A stretch of DNA of 64,000 bases from Bacilli bacterium (GCA_024399115.1 JAKSHZ010000002.1:19790-83789); one strand, 5' to 3'. Numbered from the stretch's first letter, positions 24,353 to 34,909 are shown. The notes: a model not told the origin generated them from the letters alone. Made by a program: numbers and translations.

Positions 24353-24952
24353 CTATTTATAATATTTGATAGCTATCAACGTCATTATTTTGTTCATTTC
24401 AAAATCACTTAAAAGTCTTTTTTCATCTACGTCGACAACACGGCTGTGCGCTAATTTTACAAATTCTCTTGTGAAAAACCAATTTGGCAAATCTTTGGTA
24501 AAGAAATCTCTCTTTGGATCAAAGTTTGTCTTCTTAAATGGTAAATAATAGAGCCTGCCACTAGAATATTTAAAATTAATAGGATCAAGATCAATGCCGA
24601 CTTTAGCTTTTTTGCTATACCAGAACATCGAGAATAAAGCTTCTAAAGTTGGTTCGTCTAAGTCATTCTTAGTTAATGTCTCGAAACAAGTTTCGCCTTC
24701 AATAAAGTCTGTAACGAAAATCATACTGTTCTTGTCCCACATATAGACTTTAGGAGTAGTGATACCACTATTTCTTAAAATCTCTTGGTTCTTAACAATA
24801 GCTTCGAACCCAGCTTTATCGCCTTCAAATTTCTTAAGGAAATATGAATTTCCTTTTCTTTCTACTTTGAAAGAACGATCCCCGAGTTTCTCGACGACTT
24901 CGAATTCCTTTCTTTTAATCTCAATAATCTCTTTCATAAAATTACCAAGCAT
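24353..24952 (-). CDS. Hypothetical small protein with protein-kinase-like features
   Basis: 199 aa. Gly-rich LGDRSFKVERKGNSYFLKKF resembles a kinase Gly-rich loop plus beta3 Lys. IDLDPINF resembles an APH/RIO-type catalytic loop. No clear DFG. Weak assignment. Confidence 0.3.
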   Translation of the reverse strand: MLGNFMKEIIEIKRKEFEVVEKLGDRSFKVERKGNSYFLKKFEGDKAGFEAIVKNQEILRNSGITTPKVYMWDKNSMIFVTDFIEGETCFETLTKNDLDEPTLEALFSMFWYSKKAKVGIDLDPINFKYSSGRLYYLPFKKTNFDPKRDFFTKDLPNWFFTREFVKLAHSRVVDVDEKRLLSDFEMNKIMTLIAIKYYK

Positions 24953-25082
24953 ATTTTAATGTTTTTAACATTATAAACAAAGAATATTTTGTCTATTTTT
25001 CTTTTATGGAGCGATTTGAACGTATATTTATTTAATCTCGATAAATATTATTTATAATTAATGTAATATTCGGAGGCCTTAT

Positions 25083-26279
25083 ATGTCAGCTTTAGAAAGA
25101 TTCTTAAAATACGTTCAAATCGACACACAATCAGACGAAACAACTCATACTACTCCTAGTACTGAAAAACAAAAAAATCTAGGAAATTTACTCGTCAAAG
25201 AATTAAAAGAACTTGGACTTGAAGATGCAGAGATCGACCAATATGGTAATGTATATGCGCATTTGAAAGGTGAACCAGGAGATAAAATCGGATTAAACGC
25301 ACACATGGATACAGCGCTTGAAAGCTCAGGTGCAAATGTTAAACCTAGACTTATTTCTTCTTGGGATGGTTCTGATATTAAACTTAATGAAACTAAGACT
25401 CTTTCCATCGAACAATTCCCTGCATTAAAGGCTCATGTCGGAAAAGATTTAGTAGTAACAGACGGAAATACGCTTCTTGGTGCTGATGATAAAGCTGGTA
25501 TTGCGATTATCATGGGTGTTCTTGAATATTTTCAATCTCATAAAGATGTCAAGCATCATCCTATTAGTGTCTGCTTTACAGTAGATGAAGAAATTGGAGA
25601 AGGACCTGACCATTTCGATATCAATAAGATGGACGCTGACTACGCTTACACAGTTGATGGTGCTGAAATTAACCATGTAGATTACATTAACTTCAACGCT
25701 CAAGCAGTAAATATTAAGTTTGAAGGTGTTGCAGTTCACCCTGGAGAAGGTAAAAACGCTTTAATTAACGCCCTTCTTTTATTAAATGAGTTTGTATCTT
25801 CCCTCCCACAAAATGAAACTCCATATGACGCTAATTTCGATGAAGGTTACTGGCATATCAATGATATCTCAGGCACTTCAGTAGAATGTGAGTGCTCAAT
25901 GATCTTAAGAGAGTTCGATAAAACCAAATTAGTGGCTAGAGATAACGAGTTGTACGCTATTAAAGATAAGATTATAGCCAAATATCCAAAAGCAAAAATC
26001 ACTATCAATATCGTAGATCAATATGAAAATATGGAAGAGTATACAAAAGCAGATCCTCGCCCTGTAAATAAAGCAAAAGAAGCGATTAAAAACATTGGTC
26101 TAGAACCTGAATCAGCATTAATTAGAGGTGGAACAGATGGTGCTACATTCTCAAAAATGGGTCTAGTTACTCCAAACCTTGGAACTGGTTCAGCAAACCA
26201 CCATGGTCCTTATGAATACTTGGTTGTTCAAGATTTCTTAAAAGAAATCGACATTATCGTCGATATCTTAAAGGCTTAA
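25083..26279 (+). CDS. pepT: Peptidase T (tripeptide aminopeptidase, M20B)
   Basis: 398 aa. N-terminus MSALERFLKYVQIDTQSDE and M20 metal ligands present. Confidence 0.8.
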   Translation: MSALERFLKYVQIDTQSDETTHTTPSTEKQKNLGNLLVKELKELGLEDAEIDQYGNVYAHLKGEPGDKIGLNAHMDTALESSGANVKPRLISSWDGSDIKLNETKTLSIEQFPALKAHVGKDLVVTDGNTLLGADDKAGIAIIMGVLEYFQSHKDVKHHPISVCFTVDEEIGEGPDHFDINKMDADYAYTVDGAEINHVDYINFNAQAVNIKFEGVAVHPGEGKNALINALLLLNEFVSSLPQNETPYDANFDEGYWHINDISGTSVECECSMILREFDKTKLVARDNELYAIKDKIIAKYPKAKITINIVDQYENMEEYTKADPRPVNKAKEAIKNIGLEPESALIRGGTDGATFSKMGLVTPNLGTGSANHHGPYEYLVVQDFLKEIDIIVDILKA

Positions 26280-26445
26280 AAACTTAAAAAGAATATTCGT
26301 ACGATTTTTCTTATAAAGCATTATAGTTATGCAAATATACAATAAATACATTGCGCAAATGTAGTAAATTTTAAAATATATACATTGCGCTATTTAGTAT
26401 AAATGCGGGTTAATTACTTTGCGCAAAGAAATGAAGTGGCTTTAA

Positions 26446-26583
26446 TGTTTTTTAAAAAAGCATATAAAAACTATTGAATTGGAAGAACAAAGTATAACTA
26501 TGTACCCGATGGATTTTGAAGAGTTTGCAGAGGCTTTGGCTAATCTCAACTTTTTCTTTTACTTCTTGTTACTAGTTAAGTAG
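26446..26583 (+). pseudogene. Remnant of a DUF4143/AAA_14-type ATPase gene
   Basis: Short frame ...IELEEQSITMYPMDFEEFAEAL... resembles the conserved L-PxSF-EF region of the intact ATPase at 39285-40559. No start context. Embedded in a repeat-rich intergenic region. Confidence 0.3.
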
Positions 26584-27701
26584 TATTTATCGAGCTCCCA
26601 TTTTGGATGAGCTTCATTAACTTTCTTCAAAGCTTCATTGAATAAAGTAATTTCAATTTCTTTTCTGTTCTCAGGAGTTCTTTTTAATGAACTACCTACC
26701 TTATCTAATACGATAACGCATTCGCTTCTAGACTTATCTAAAAGGCCTGCCATTAAGATATAAGCTCTAATACATGCCATGCTGTTATCGTCTGCAATAG
26801 CTCTTCTTTCAGAAACTGGAACTTCTTTTTCATAGTATTCGTTTGCAGCTTCAATTTCATTATTAATAATATGGATGTAGACCTTTTGAGCCTTTGCTCT
26901 AATGTAAACATTAGCTGAAACGCTTTCTTTAGCATTAACAATACCATCTAAAATTTCATCTGCTTCGTCGAATTTCTTTTGATCTAATAATGCGTAAACC
27001 TTATTTAAGTTTAAATCTGCTGTATAGTTAGTGATTTCTTTAAAGACTTTAATATCTACTTCTTTACCTTGAGCGATATCGTATTCAACTTTTAACAATT
27101 CGTTGAAAGCTTCTCTGTTCTTTGGGTTAGTTACTTTAGTAAGTCTATATCCATCAGTAATTGAGTCTAATTCGAAAGGTAAGATGTTATATGCAAACAT
27201 CATTAAACCGACAACTCCAACTGTTAATAAGAAGTATGCTAAGTTACCTAAACCACCTAATTCAGCCTTATACATACTGAAAACAGTCATCACAACAATT
27301 ACTTCAGCAACCATGAATAATGAGCCGAATAATAAGTATGGATAAGGGTTTGATGCTTTTTTAGCACCTTCTTTAGGAACAATTCTTGTTTCTCCGCTTA
27401 AACCATCAAATGATGAAAAGCCAACTTTCCATTTATTGTTATCTTTTTTGATATTTAATCCCAAAATGTTAACTGATGTGATTGAATAGCGGCCTAAAAT
27501 AGCACCTAAAATATGAGCAACTTCGAAGATAATAGCGTTAAATAATACGCCAACAACAATTGCTAATAAATTGAATAAGAAATACATATCTCCTAAGCCT
27601 GAAGCACCACTATGATTCTTCAAAACAGTGAATACGAACACTGCGCCAAAGCCTAAAATTAATAAATAAACGATTGTTCCTGTAATGTCTTGTTTTTTCA
27701 T
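26559..27701 (-). CDS. Hypothetical polytopic membrane protein with cytoplasmic helical C-terminal domain
   Basis: 380 aa with several TM helices. FEVAHILGA could be a degenerate zincin-like site. No confident family. Confidence 0.4.
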   Translation of the reverse strand: MKKQDITGTIVYLLILGFGAVFVFTVLKNHSGASGLGDMYFLFNLLAIVVGVLFNAIIFEVAHILGAILGRYSITSVNILGLNIKKDNNKWKVGFSSFDGLSGETRIVPKEGAKKASNPYPYLLFGSLFMVAEVIVVMTVFSMYKAELGGLGNLAYFLLTVGVVGLMMFAYNILPFELDSITDGYRLTKVTNPKNREAFNELLKVEYDIAQGKEVDIKVFKEITNYTADLNLNKVYALLDQKKFDEADEILDGIVNAKESVSANVYIRAKAQKVYIHIINNEIEAANEYYEKEVPVSERRAIADDNSMACIRAYILMAGLLDKSRSECVIVLDKVGSSLKRTPENRKEIEITLFNEALKKVNEAHPKWELDKYYLTSNKK

Positions 27702-27707
27702 AATTTT

Positions 27708-28886
27708 TTAACCTTCTTTCACCATTCTAAATATCTCATTAGCGACTACGTAATCCATAGGTTTTTCTCTATGATAGACTACTTTAGTCTTCTTATTACT
27801 ATATACTTCTGTAAGTAAATCAAAATCTACATTATCGATATGCAAATCCTTATATGTCATAGGCATTTCTAAATATTTGAAGAAGTCTACAAGAGCGTCA
27901 ATCATCTTGGTTCCTACTTCAACATCATCTACGCCTTTAATATCAAATACTTTTCTACCTAAGTTGGCAAACTTCTTAGCATCATATGCCATATAATATC
28001 TAGCCCATGCTGGGTATAAAACTGCTAATCCAGCACCATGGCTAACAAATGGATAAACACCAGATAAAGCATGTTCTAATTGATGTACTGGCATACCAAA
28101 TTTCTTTCCAATACCAGTAATTCCATTGTGAGAATATGATGATGCGAGCATTAATGTTGCTCTTGCTTCATAATCGCTTGGATCTTTCATAACTGCATAT
28201 CCTGCTTTGACTACAGAACGCAATAAACCTTCAGCAAAACCATCCGCCAACTCGTTATCTGTTGAGTCTTGTAGGTATCTTTCGAGTGTATGCATCATAA
28301 TATCGACAACACCAACACCGGTTTGATATTTATCTACTGAGAATGATAATTCTGGGTTTTCGACTGCGAAAACTGGTCTGACCAAGTCTGAATTGAAACC
28401 AGATTTAACATTCATCTCATCATCTTGGATAACACATGAGTTAGAAAGCTCACTACCTGCAGCTGAAATAGTTAAAATAACACCAATTGGAAGAGCTTTT
28501 GTTGGACTACACTTATGCAAGTTAAAATCAAATGAATCTCCATCATAATAGAAGCCTGCAGCAATATTTTTTGCAGTGTCAATTGTTGATCCTCCACCAA
28601 TAGCTAAGATTGAATCAACGTTATTCTCTCTTGCCATTGCGATTCCTCTTCTACATAAAGAAATCTCAGGATTCGCACGTACTCCTTCTAAAAGGATAGT
28701 AGAAATTCCGACCTTATTAAGTTCGTTAACAACGAAGTCAAGCAAACCAGTCTTTTTTACACTACACTTACCTGTAATAATTAAGACATTTTTAAAGTTA
28801 AATTCCTTACAAATTGAAGAAATTTGCTTTTCTTTTCCTCTTCCGAAGAAGATCTTAGTTGGAGACACAAAATTAAAATCTATCAT
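27708..28886 (-). CDS. Iron-containing alcohol dehydrogenase family protein
   Basis: 392 aa. GGGSTIDTAK NAD-binding motif and His-rich metal site. Confidence 0.8.
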   Translation of the reverse strand: MIDFNFVSPTKIFFGRGKEKQISSICKEFNFKNVLIITGKCSVKKTGLLDFVVNELNKVGISTILLEGVRANPEISLCRRGIAMARENNVDSILAIGGGSTIDTAKNIAAGFYYDGDSFDFNLHKCSPTKALPIGVILTISAAGSELSNSCVIQDDEMNVKSGFNSDLVRPVFAVENPELSFSVDKYQTGVGVVDIMMHTLERYLQDSTDNELADGFAEGLLRSVVKAGYAVMKDPSDYEARATLMLASSYSHNGITGIGKKFGMPVHQLEHALSGVYPFVSHGAGLAVLYPAWARYYMAYDAKKFANLGRKVFDIKGVDDVEVGTKMIDALVDFFKYLEMPMTYKDLHIDNVDFDLLTEVYSNKKTKVVYHREKPMDYVVANEIFRMVKEG

Positions 28887-29439
28887 TAGGCATCCCCTTA
28901 AATTCTATATAGTTTGAAACAGCCTTTTGAAGGTCACTATCCTTAACAAAGCAGAAGGAAGCAAGTAAACCATCAAGAGACTTATTCTTAAATACTGATA
29001 AGTAATAAACAATCGAATGAGCATACGCTAAAGCGTAGAATCTAGCGATTGATTTTCTATCATTAGACAAAATACGTTTATTATCTTTTGTCTCGTTTAC
29101 GAGCCTTAAAATCGTTGTATAGCAGTTATTGTAAATAAACTCTTGGAATAAATCTTTACCAGCACTATTTAAGGAAGCTTCAACAAATGCTGTATTAGCT
29201 TCATAGTAACGATAAATAACTACAACTAAGTCCTTTAAACTCTTTACGTATGAGAGGTTCTTAATTCTTTCATCTAAGTATACAAGGGTCAATAAGTCAT
29301 AAATATCATGGAAATGATAGTAAAAAGTTTGTCGATAAATTCGACACTTTTTAGTAAGAGTCACTACTGATATTTCATCAAGTGGTGTCTCTTGCATCAT
29401 TTCTCTTAATGTTTCTGCTAATTTATGTTCTGTCTTCAT
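28873..29439 (-). CDS. TetR/AcrR-family transcriptional regulator
   Basis: 188 aa. N-terminal HTH ...LTKKCRIYRQTFYYHFHDIYDLL. Confidence 0.6.
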   Translation of the reverse strand: MKTEHKLAETLREMMQETPLDEISVVTLTKKCRIYRQTFYYHFHDIYDLLTLVYLDERIKNLSYVKSLKDLVVVIYRYYEANTAFVEASLNSAGKDLFQEFIYNNCYTTILRLVNETKDNKRILSNDRKSIARFYALAYAHSIVYYLSVFKNKSLDGLLASFCFVKDSDLQKAVSNYIEFKGMPNDRF

Positions 29440-29444
29440 AATAA

Positions 29445-31883
29445 TTATTCTTTACGATCTCTATTCTTTAAAGTGTCATAAATGCCACATCCACCAATAT
29501 AGAAGAAGAAGCAAGTTAAGAATGTAGCAGCGCCAATGACGTAGCCAGCTTTACTTATTGAATCGAAATTAATATCGATAATGGTCCAAGTATCGTGAAT
29601 TCCCTTCATAGAGATAAGTGCTTCATATCCTAAAAGGACAGCTAAGCCAGCACCAATGCCTACTAATACCCATTTTCTATATTTATCTAATGGGGAAGAA
29701 ATCCTATATAAGACTACAAAGCTAAGTAAGTTAAATACTAATGCAGAAAGGTATGTAGCGACTCTGAAATCGTCTAATCCGAAGTATCCCCAAGATAATC
29801 TATCAGCAATGTGGAAACCAAAGATAATAAAGACAGAGCAAATCATCATTAACGCAGCAGGTGTAGACTTCTTAAAGATATTCTCTAAGAATTTACCCTT
29901 AATTAATTCTTTATTTGGTTGCAAAGCTAAGAAGAATGAAGCATATCCAATAGTTAAGATTTCCCATGGATACATGTTCATTGTGCTAAATGGGTAGGCA
30001 ACATCAGATTTAGTAATAATTGAAGCTAATGTAAATACGAAAGTTAAAACCATCGCAAAGAAAGTCTTAACTAAGAATATTGAAGATGATCTTTGCAAGT
30101 TATTAACAACTCTTCTACCTTCTCCGACGACTTCTGGAAGATGATCAAAGTTATTATCCATAAGTACGATATGAGAAACATTTCTTGCGGCATCTGCACC
30201 ACTAGCCATAGCGATAGAACAATCCGCTCTCTTAAGAGCTAAAATATCGTTAACACCATCTCCAGTCATCGCGACTGTCTTACCCATATCTTTAAATGCT
30301 TTAATTAAAGTTTCTTTTTGTTCAGGAGTAACTCTACCAAAAACAGTATATTCATTAGCTAATTTATATGTCTCTTCAAGAGATTTACCCGCAAGAGATA
30401 CGTATTTCTCAGCATTAGTAACACCAGCGTTCTTAGCAATTTCACTAACTGCCATTGCGTTATCACCAGAGATAACTTTAACTCCTACTTTATTATTGTT
30501 AAACCAAGCAAAAGTATCTTTCGCATTATCTCTAATATGGTCTTCAAGGATAACTAAAGCAATTGCTTCAACATCTCCTGAGACTTTCTTATCTTTGATT
30601 CCACCTTTTCCTTTAGTTAATACGAGTACTCTATTACCTTTAGAAGAATATTCTTCAACTTTATCTTTAATATCGTCTCTATTAGAAATAGGTAAATTTT
30701 CAAAAGCACCTAATGCATAAGTGTCTTTACCAAATGAAGCTGCTGAATATTTGTTATCGCTAGTGAAAGGAAGAACTTCACTTGCTTCCTTATTTGGAGC
30801 AACTGTGAAGTGCTTATTTAATGCGTTAGCAGTAAGGTTTTCATCTTTAGTAGCGTTTAATAAATTAGAAATCACTTGAGATATAGCGGTTTCACTATCT
30901 CCGATTTGTACTGGTAATACTTCTTTAACAAGCATGCTACCATCTGTAATAGTACCTGTCTTATCAACGCATAATAAATTGACTCTAGCTAACATTTCTA
31001 CTGAATAGAAGTCTTGAACTTGGGCTTGTCTTTTAGCAAGACTACCTACCGCAAGAGTAAGAGCGATAGAAGTTAATAAATATAATCCAGAAGGGATCAT
31101 AGATACTAACGAACCAGTAATTTGAGCGATTAATTGTGAATCAAAGTCTCTTTTTTGAATAACGAAAGTAACTATCATAAAGATAGCCATACCAACTACG
31201 ACTGTACCGATAATTCTAAATAAACCTTTAAGAGATTTAAGAATCTCACTATTTGATCTACGGAACTTTCTAGCTTTATTAGAAAGAGTTGATGCATAAG
31301 AGCTTTCGCCAATCTTATCTGCTCTGATGTAACATTGTCCGCTAACAACGTAAGAACCAGATAAAACTGTGTCCCCAACATTTTTAACAATATTGTCTGA
31401 TTCCCCAGTCAATAAAGATTCATTAACTGTGACACTACCTTCTAAGATAATGCCATCTACAGGGATTTGATTTGAACTCTTTAAGATAATGATGTCATCT
31501 AACAATACATCTGGGCTTTTGATAGTTTCCTTTTTCCCATCTCTAACAACCATTACAGTTGGAGAAGTCATGAGTTTAAGTTTACCCATCAAGACTCTAG
31601 ATTTAATATCTTGTACTAAGCCGATGACGATATTTGGAATTAAAACAGTTAAGAAAAATAGGTTCTTATATAAACCGTTAATGATCATAACTGCTGCAAT
31701 AGCGAATAATGTGATATTGAAGAAGCTTAAGACGTTAGTAAAAATAATTTCAGCGTAACTTTTACCAACAACAAGCTTTGTTTTGTTGTTTAATTTGTTT
31801 TCTTGTCTTTCTTTTACTTGTTCTTTAGACAATCCAACATCGTATTGAGGATTATAACGAGTAACTTCAACTTCGTTTTTCAT
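29445..31883 (-). CDS. Cation-transporting P-type ATPase (P2-type, Ca2+/Mg2+-like)
   Basis: 812 aa. Has DKTGTIT phosphorylation motif, TGDGVNDILALK hinge and 10 TM segments. Confidence 0.85.
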   Translation of the reverse strand: MKNEVEVTRYNPQYDVGLSKEQVKERQENKLNNKTKLVVGKSYAEIIFTNVLSFFNITLFAIAAVMIINGLYKNLFFLTVLIPNIVIGLVQDIKSRVLMGKLKLMTSPTVMVVRDGKKETIKSPDVLLDDIIILKSSNQIPVDGIILEGSVTVNESLLTGESDNIVKNVGDTVLSGSYVVSGQCYIRADKIGESSYASTLSNKARKFRRSNSEILKSLKGLFRIIGTVVVGMAIFMIVTFVIQKRDFDSQLIAQITGSLVSMIPSGLYLLTSIALTLAVGSLAKRQAQVQDFYSVEMLARVNLLCVDKTGTITDGSMLVKEVLPVQIGDSETAISQVISNLLNATKDENLTANALNKHFTVAPNKEASEVLPFTSDNKYSAASFGKDTYALGAFENLPISNRDDIKDKVEEYSSKGNRVLVLTKGKGGIKDKKVSGDVEAIALVILEDHIRDNAKDTFAWFNNNKVGVKVISGDNAMAVSEIAKNAGVTNAEKYVSLAGKSLEETYKLANEYTVFGRVTPEQKETLIKAFKDMGKTVAMTGDGVNDILALKRADCSIAMASGADAARNVSHIVLMDNNFDHLPEVVGEGRRVVNNLQRSSSIFLVKTFFAMVLTFVFTLASIITKSDVAYPFSTMNMYPWEILTIGYASFFLALQPNKELIKGKFLENIFKKSTPAALMMICSVFIIFGFHIADRLSWGYFGLDDFRVATYLSALVFNLLSFVVLYRISSPLDKYRKWVLVGIGAGLAVLLGYEALISMKGIHDTWTIIDINFDSISKAGYVIGAATFLTCFFFYIGGCGIYDTLKNRDRKE

Positions 31884-31886
31884 ACA

Positions 31887-31923
31887 CTGTATAAATAATA
31901 CAAAATATTTATACAGAAATCAA
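31887..31923 (-). promoter_or_regulatory. Candidate promoter with embedded perfect 11-bp inverted repeat, immediately upstream of the P-type ATPase
   Basis: Minus strand reads TTGATT, 17 nt, TATTAT, then only about 10 nt to the ATG. CTGTATAAATA-N8-TATTTATACAG (31887-31916) spans the spacer and -10. Confidence 0.35.
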
Positions 31924-32036
31924 AATAAAAACCAACGCACATAGAAGAGTTGCTTATGGCTGCTATATTCCTATCCTGACCAGGTTCACAATCTGCTATC
32001 GCGATGGCAACATTATTATATCTAATATTGTTGATT

Positions 32037-32807
32037 TTATATAGTATTTTCAATTATAGAGTCGAATGCTCTACCAATATCCTTATAAGTATGAGCGTCA
32101 CTAGACTTATGGAATTTGACGTTATGCTTCAAAAATGCCCTTAACATTTCTGGAGACATACCGCCATATGGGTAACCATGCCTTAACGATCCTGTGTTAT
32201 TTTCAACTCTTTGCATATGTTTGCTGCACTCTATAGCGAGTTCTTCGATTAATTTTGAATGTAATTCTTTATCTGGTAATAAACCAAATAACTTAATTAA
32301 TCCAGGGTGTCCAATGACATCAAAAAGACCTGAACGAACAGCTTTTTTGATTCTATCAAAATAATCGATATAAAGTTCATCGATGTTAAATTGCTCTTGT
32401 ATTTTTTTCTTTATATCAATTCCGGCGCCTAAAGCATAATGGACTGAGCCAATGTAAAAGTCTAAATCAACAATGGAATCCATAGCTTTTTTAAGCTCTT
32501 CTTCGCACTCAGGAAAATAGCATACTTCTAGACCGAATTTAATCTTAATTGGCCATTCCAAGCCTTTAACTAGATCTACAAAATCTAAGTATTCTTTTAT
32601 TGAGATGTCGCCTTTTGCACCGTTATACCAATCAAGCGTTTCTTGATCAGTAATGTACTTATATAAGAAGTCGAATTCTTTAAATTTATGAGTATGGTCG
32701 AGTAACCAAATCTCATCTATCCCCTTATCCATAGCGGTTACAACCATATCTGCGATAGTGTCAAGAGTGTATGGTTGATTATGAAAATGAATGTGTCCGT
32801 CTCTCAT
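32037..32807 (-). CDS. PHP-family phosphoesterase (histidinol-phosphatase HisK-like)
   Basis: 256 aa with MRDGHIHF, DVIGHPGL and SSDAH metal-ligand motifs. Confidence 0.55.
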   Translation of the reverse strand: MRDGHIHFHNQPYTLDTIADMVVTAMDKGIDEIWLLDHTHKFKEFDFLYKYITDQETLDWYNGAKGDISIKEYLDFVDLVKGLEWPIKIKFGLEVCYFPECEEELKKAMDSIVDLDFYIGSVHYALGAGIDIKKKIQEQFNIDELYIDYFDRIKKAVRSGLFDVIGHPGLIKLFGLLPDKELHSKLIEELAIECSKHMQRVENNTGSLRHGYPYGGMSPEMLRAFLKHNVKFHKSSDAHTYKDIGRAFDSIIENTI

Positions 32808-32808
32808 T

Positions 32809-33750
32809 TTAATTTTTTGATTCTGCTACTTTTCTAGATTTAATGTACATTCTAATTGCGTATTGAAGTGTGAAGATACCTAAAATTACGATGATACCTG
32901 TTGTTAATTCAATACTGATTGTAGAACATTGTAATCTCTCCAATGCCATTGCAGGAGAAATTGCAGAAATTACTCTAGAATCGTAATAACCTGTGACGAT
33001 GTAGGCTACACTTGTTCCTACACCAACTACAAGGTTAACAATAGCGAATATTAACCCCCCTAAAGCGTTCTTTTTATAAGGTTCATAAATGTATAAGAAT
33101 GATTGAATCATCATAGCCATTGGGACAAGAAGTCCAACAAAGAATGGCCAAGTAAGATAGAATGTTCTCCATTCAATATATCCAGGAGCGTATAAGAACG
33201 CACCGAACCTTTCAAATGCAAAGTATACTAGTAAACTTGTGAAAACTGTATAAATAACGTAGAAAATATTAAATTTTCTTTTTTGTTCATCTTCTTTCAT
33301 GCGTTTGCTAGCTAAGATATAGAAATAAACACCAGTAGCGATAAATAATAAGTTAACAATAATCATTACTAAGCAATATGCTGGGAATGGATATGGCTTA
33401 ACAAAGCTATGATAAATCATAATGCCACTCATAATTGCAGTAATAAGTCCTACAAGAGAGAAACTCATGAAGATGATTAAATACTTCTTAGTCATTGCTT
33501 TGACGTATTGTGGACGTCTTAAATATCTAGAAAGATAGATTTCTGCTAATACAAATTGGCAGAAGACCATTGCCATAGGGAAAGAAGTAATGATATTAGC
33601 GTCTTTAATGCCATATCCCATATTAGCAACGTCGCTGAATAAAAGGTTAGAACCGAAGAATGTGAATATTGAGCCAACGACAGCAACAATAATCATTAAA
33701 ATAGTAGCTGTTTTCTTGCTCATATTAATAGAACTCCTTATAACTATCAA
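32809..33750 (-). CDS. Hypothetical polytopic membrane protein
   Basis: 313 aa with 8 or more TM helices. Overlaps the upstream gene by 26 nt, suggesting an operon. Confidence 0.4.
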   Translation of the reverse strand: MIVIRSSINMSKKTATILMIIVAVVGSIFTFFGSNLLFSDVANMGYGIKDANIITSFPMAMVFCQFVLAEIYLSRYLRRPQYVKAMTKKYLIIFMSFSLVGLITAIMSGIMIYHSFVKPYPFPAYCLVMIIVNLLFIATGVYFYILASKRMKEDEQKRKFNIFYVIYTVFTSLLVYFAFERFGAFLYAPGYIEWRTFYLTWPFFVGLLVPMAMMIQSFLYIYEPYKKNALGGLIFAIVNLVVGVGTSVAYIVTGYYDSRVISAISPAMALERLQCSTISIELTTGIIVILGIFTLQYAIRMYIKSRKVAESKN

Positions 33751-34759
33751 ATGACTTTAAGATTTGAGTTAATTCAAAGCTTCCATCATCTTTAACTTCA
33801 ATTACTTGTCCACCAAGTAAGTTTTTATCCATATAAACTCTATCAGTAGAGTTAACACCATATGAAAGAGTGATACCTTTATATTTTACAGCCCAGTTAT
33901 TTTTATGGTCATGGGCAACAAAAGTACCATTAGTAGAGCCTAATTCAACCATCTTTTCAAACATATGAGTGTTGATCATAGGGCACGCAACACCTTCTCC
34001 AGTTAATGGAGATTGTGCATGTACTAATTCAACTTCACTGCTTCCTTCTAAATATAGGCTATAAGCAGTATCATATTCTGGGAATGGAATATGGAAGAAC
34101 GCTAATGAAGGAACAACTGTTCCACCATTTTGTGCGGTTGTATACTTAACAATCTTTTCGTACCATTCGACTTGATCATCATGGAATGCATCATATCCAA
34201 CGTAACTATCGTAATCTTTATATTTACCATAGTTATATCTATTTGAGTCCATAACGATAAGTTGTTCTTTAACGTGTCCATCTTTCATTAAGTTAATAGC
34301 AAAGTTGGCGTTACCCATAACGTCATCATCTTGGATGTCTTTAAAGATACAGTAACTATCATCAGAGTCATTTAAATCGTTTAAATAACCTGTAACCCAG
34401 TCAATAGAGAAATAACATTGTTCGTCATGATTTCCCCAAGTAACTGTCCATGGGATTTTATGTGAATCCATCCATTTGAAAACACGTTTTGCAGTAACTC
34501 TATCTGCAAAAGTAAAGACGTCTCCATCTAACACAATTAAGTCAGCGTTAGCGTCATTAATTGTTTGATCAACAAAGTCAAATTGAAGTTGTTGATCATC
34601 TTTATTTCCGATATGTAAATCGTTGAGTTGTAATATTCTAAAATTATCTTTCCAATTCATCTCCAAGATATAATCTTTAGCATCATATGTTTTTGTACCA
34701 CACGAAGTAAGGATTAATGCACTTAATGGAGCGAATATCTTAATAAACTTATTCTTCAT
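33725..34759 (-). CDS. Calcineurin-like metallophosphoesterase lipoprotein
   Basis: 344 aa. Lipobox LTSCG. Motifs LDGDVF, GNHDEQ, FFHIP. Confidence 0.65.
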   Translation of the reverse strand: MKNKFIKIFAPLSALILTSCGTKTYDAKDYILEMNWKDNFRILQLNDLHIGNKDDQQLQFDFVDQTINDANADLIVLDGDVFTFADRVTAKRVFKWMDSHKIPWTVTWGNHDEQCYFSIDWVTGYLNDLNDSDDSYCIFKDIQDDDVMGNANFAINLMKDGHVKEQLIVMDSNRYNYGKYKDYDSYVGYDAFHDDQVEWYEKIVKYTTAQNGGTVVPSLAFFHIPFPEYDTAYSLYLEGSSEVELVHAQSPLTGEGVACPMINTHMFEKMVELGSTNGTFVAHDHKNNWAVKYKGITLSYGVNSTDRVYMDKNLLGGQVIEVKDDGSFELTQILKSFDSYKEFY

Positions 34760-34873
34760 TTGATTCTCCTAACCTAAACATTATATACAAATTTCTATAA
34801 ATAAAAAATGTATGGAATTCCTTAGTCACAAGACTGAAGCTATAAATAATTATATCATTATAATTATATAAAG

Positions 34874-34902
34874 ATTGAAAATGTATCGGTATTCCGATAT
34901 AA
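34874..34902 (+). promoter_or_regulatory. Near-consensus sigma-A promoter driving a leaderless HTH-kinase operon
   Basis: TTGAAA (34874-34879), 17-nt spacer, TATAAT (34897-34902). The ATG at 34910 coincides with the expected TSS. The spacer contains the palindrome TCGGTATTCCGA. Confidence 0.5.
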
Positions 34903-34909
34903 TCTATGT

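Noticed and set aside
31930-32000. tRNA-like or riboswitch candidate (GTTGC...GCAAC with GGTTCACAATC)
   Set aside because: Cannot be folded into a cloverleaf. No conserved riboswitch boxes recognised by eye. Kept only as possible terminator/leader structure.
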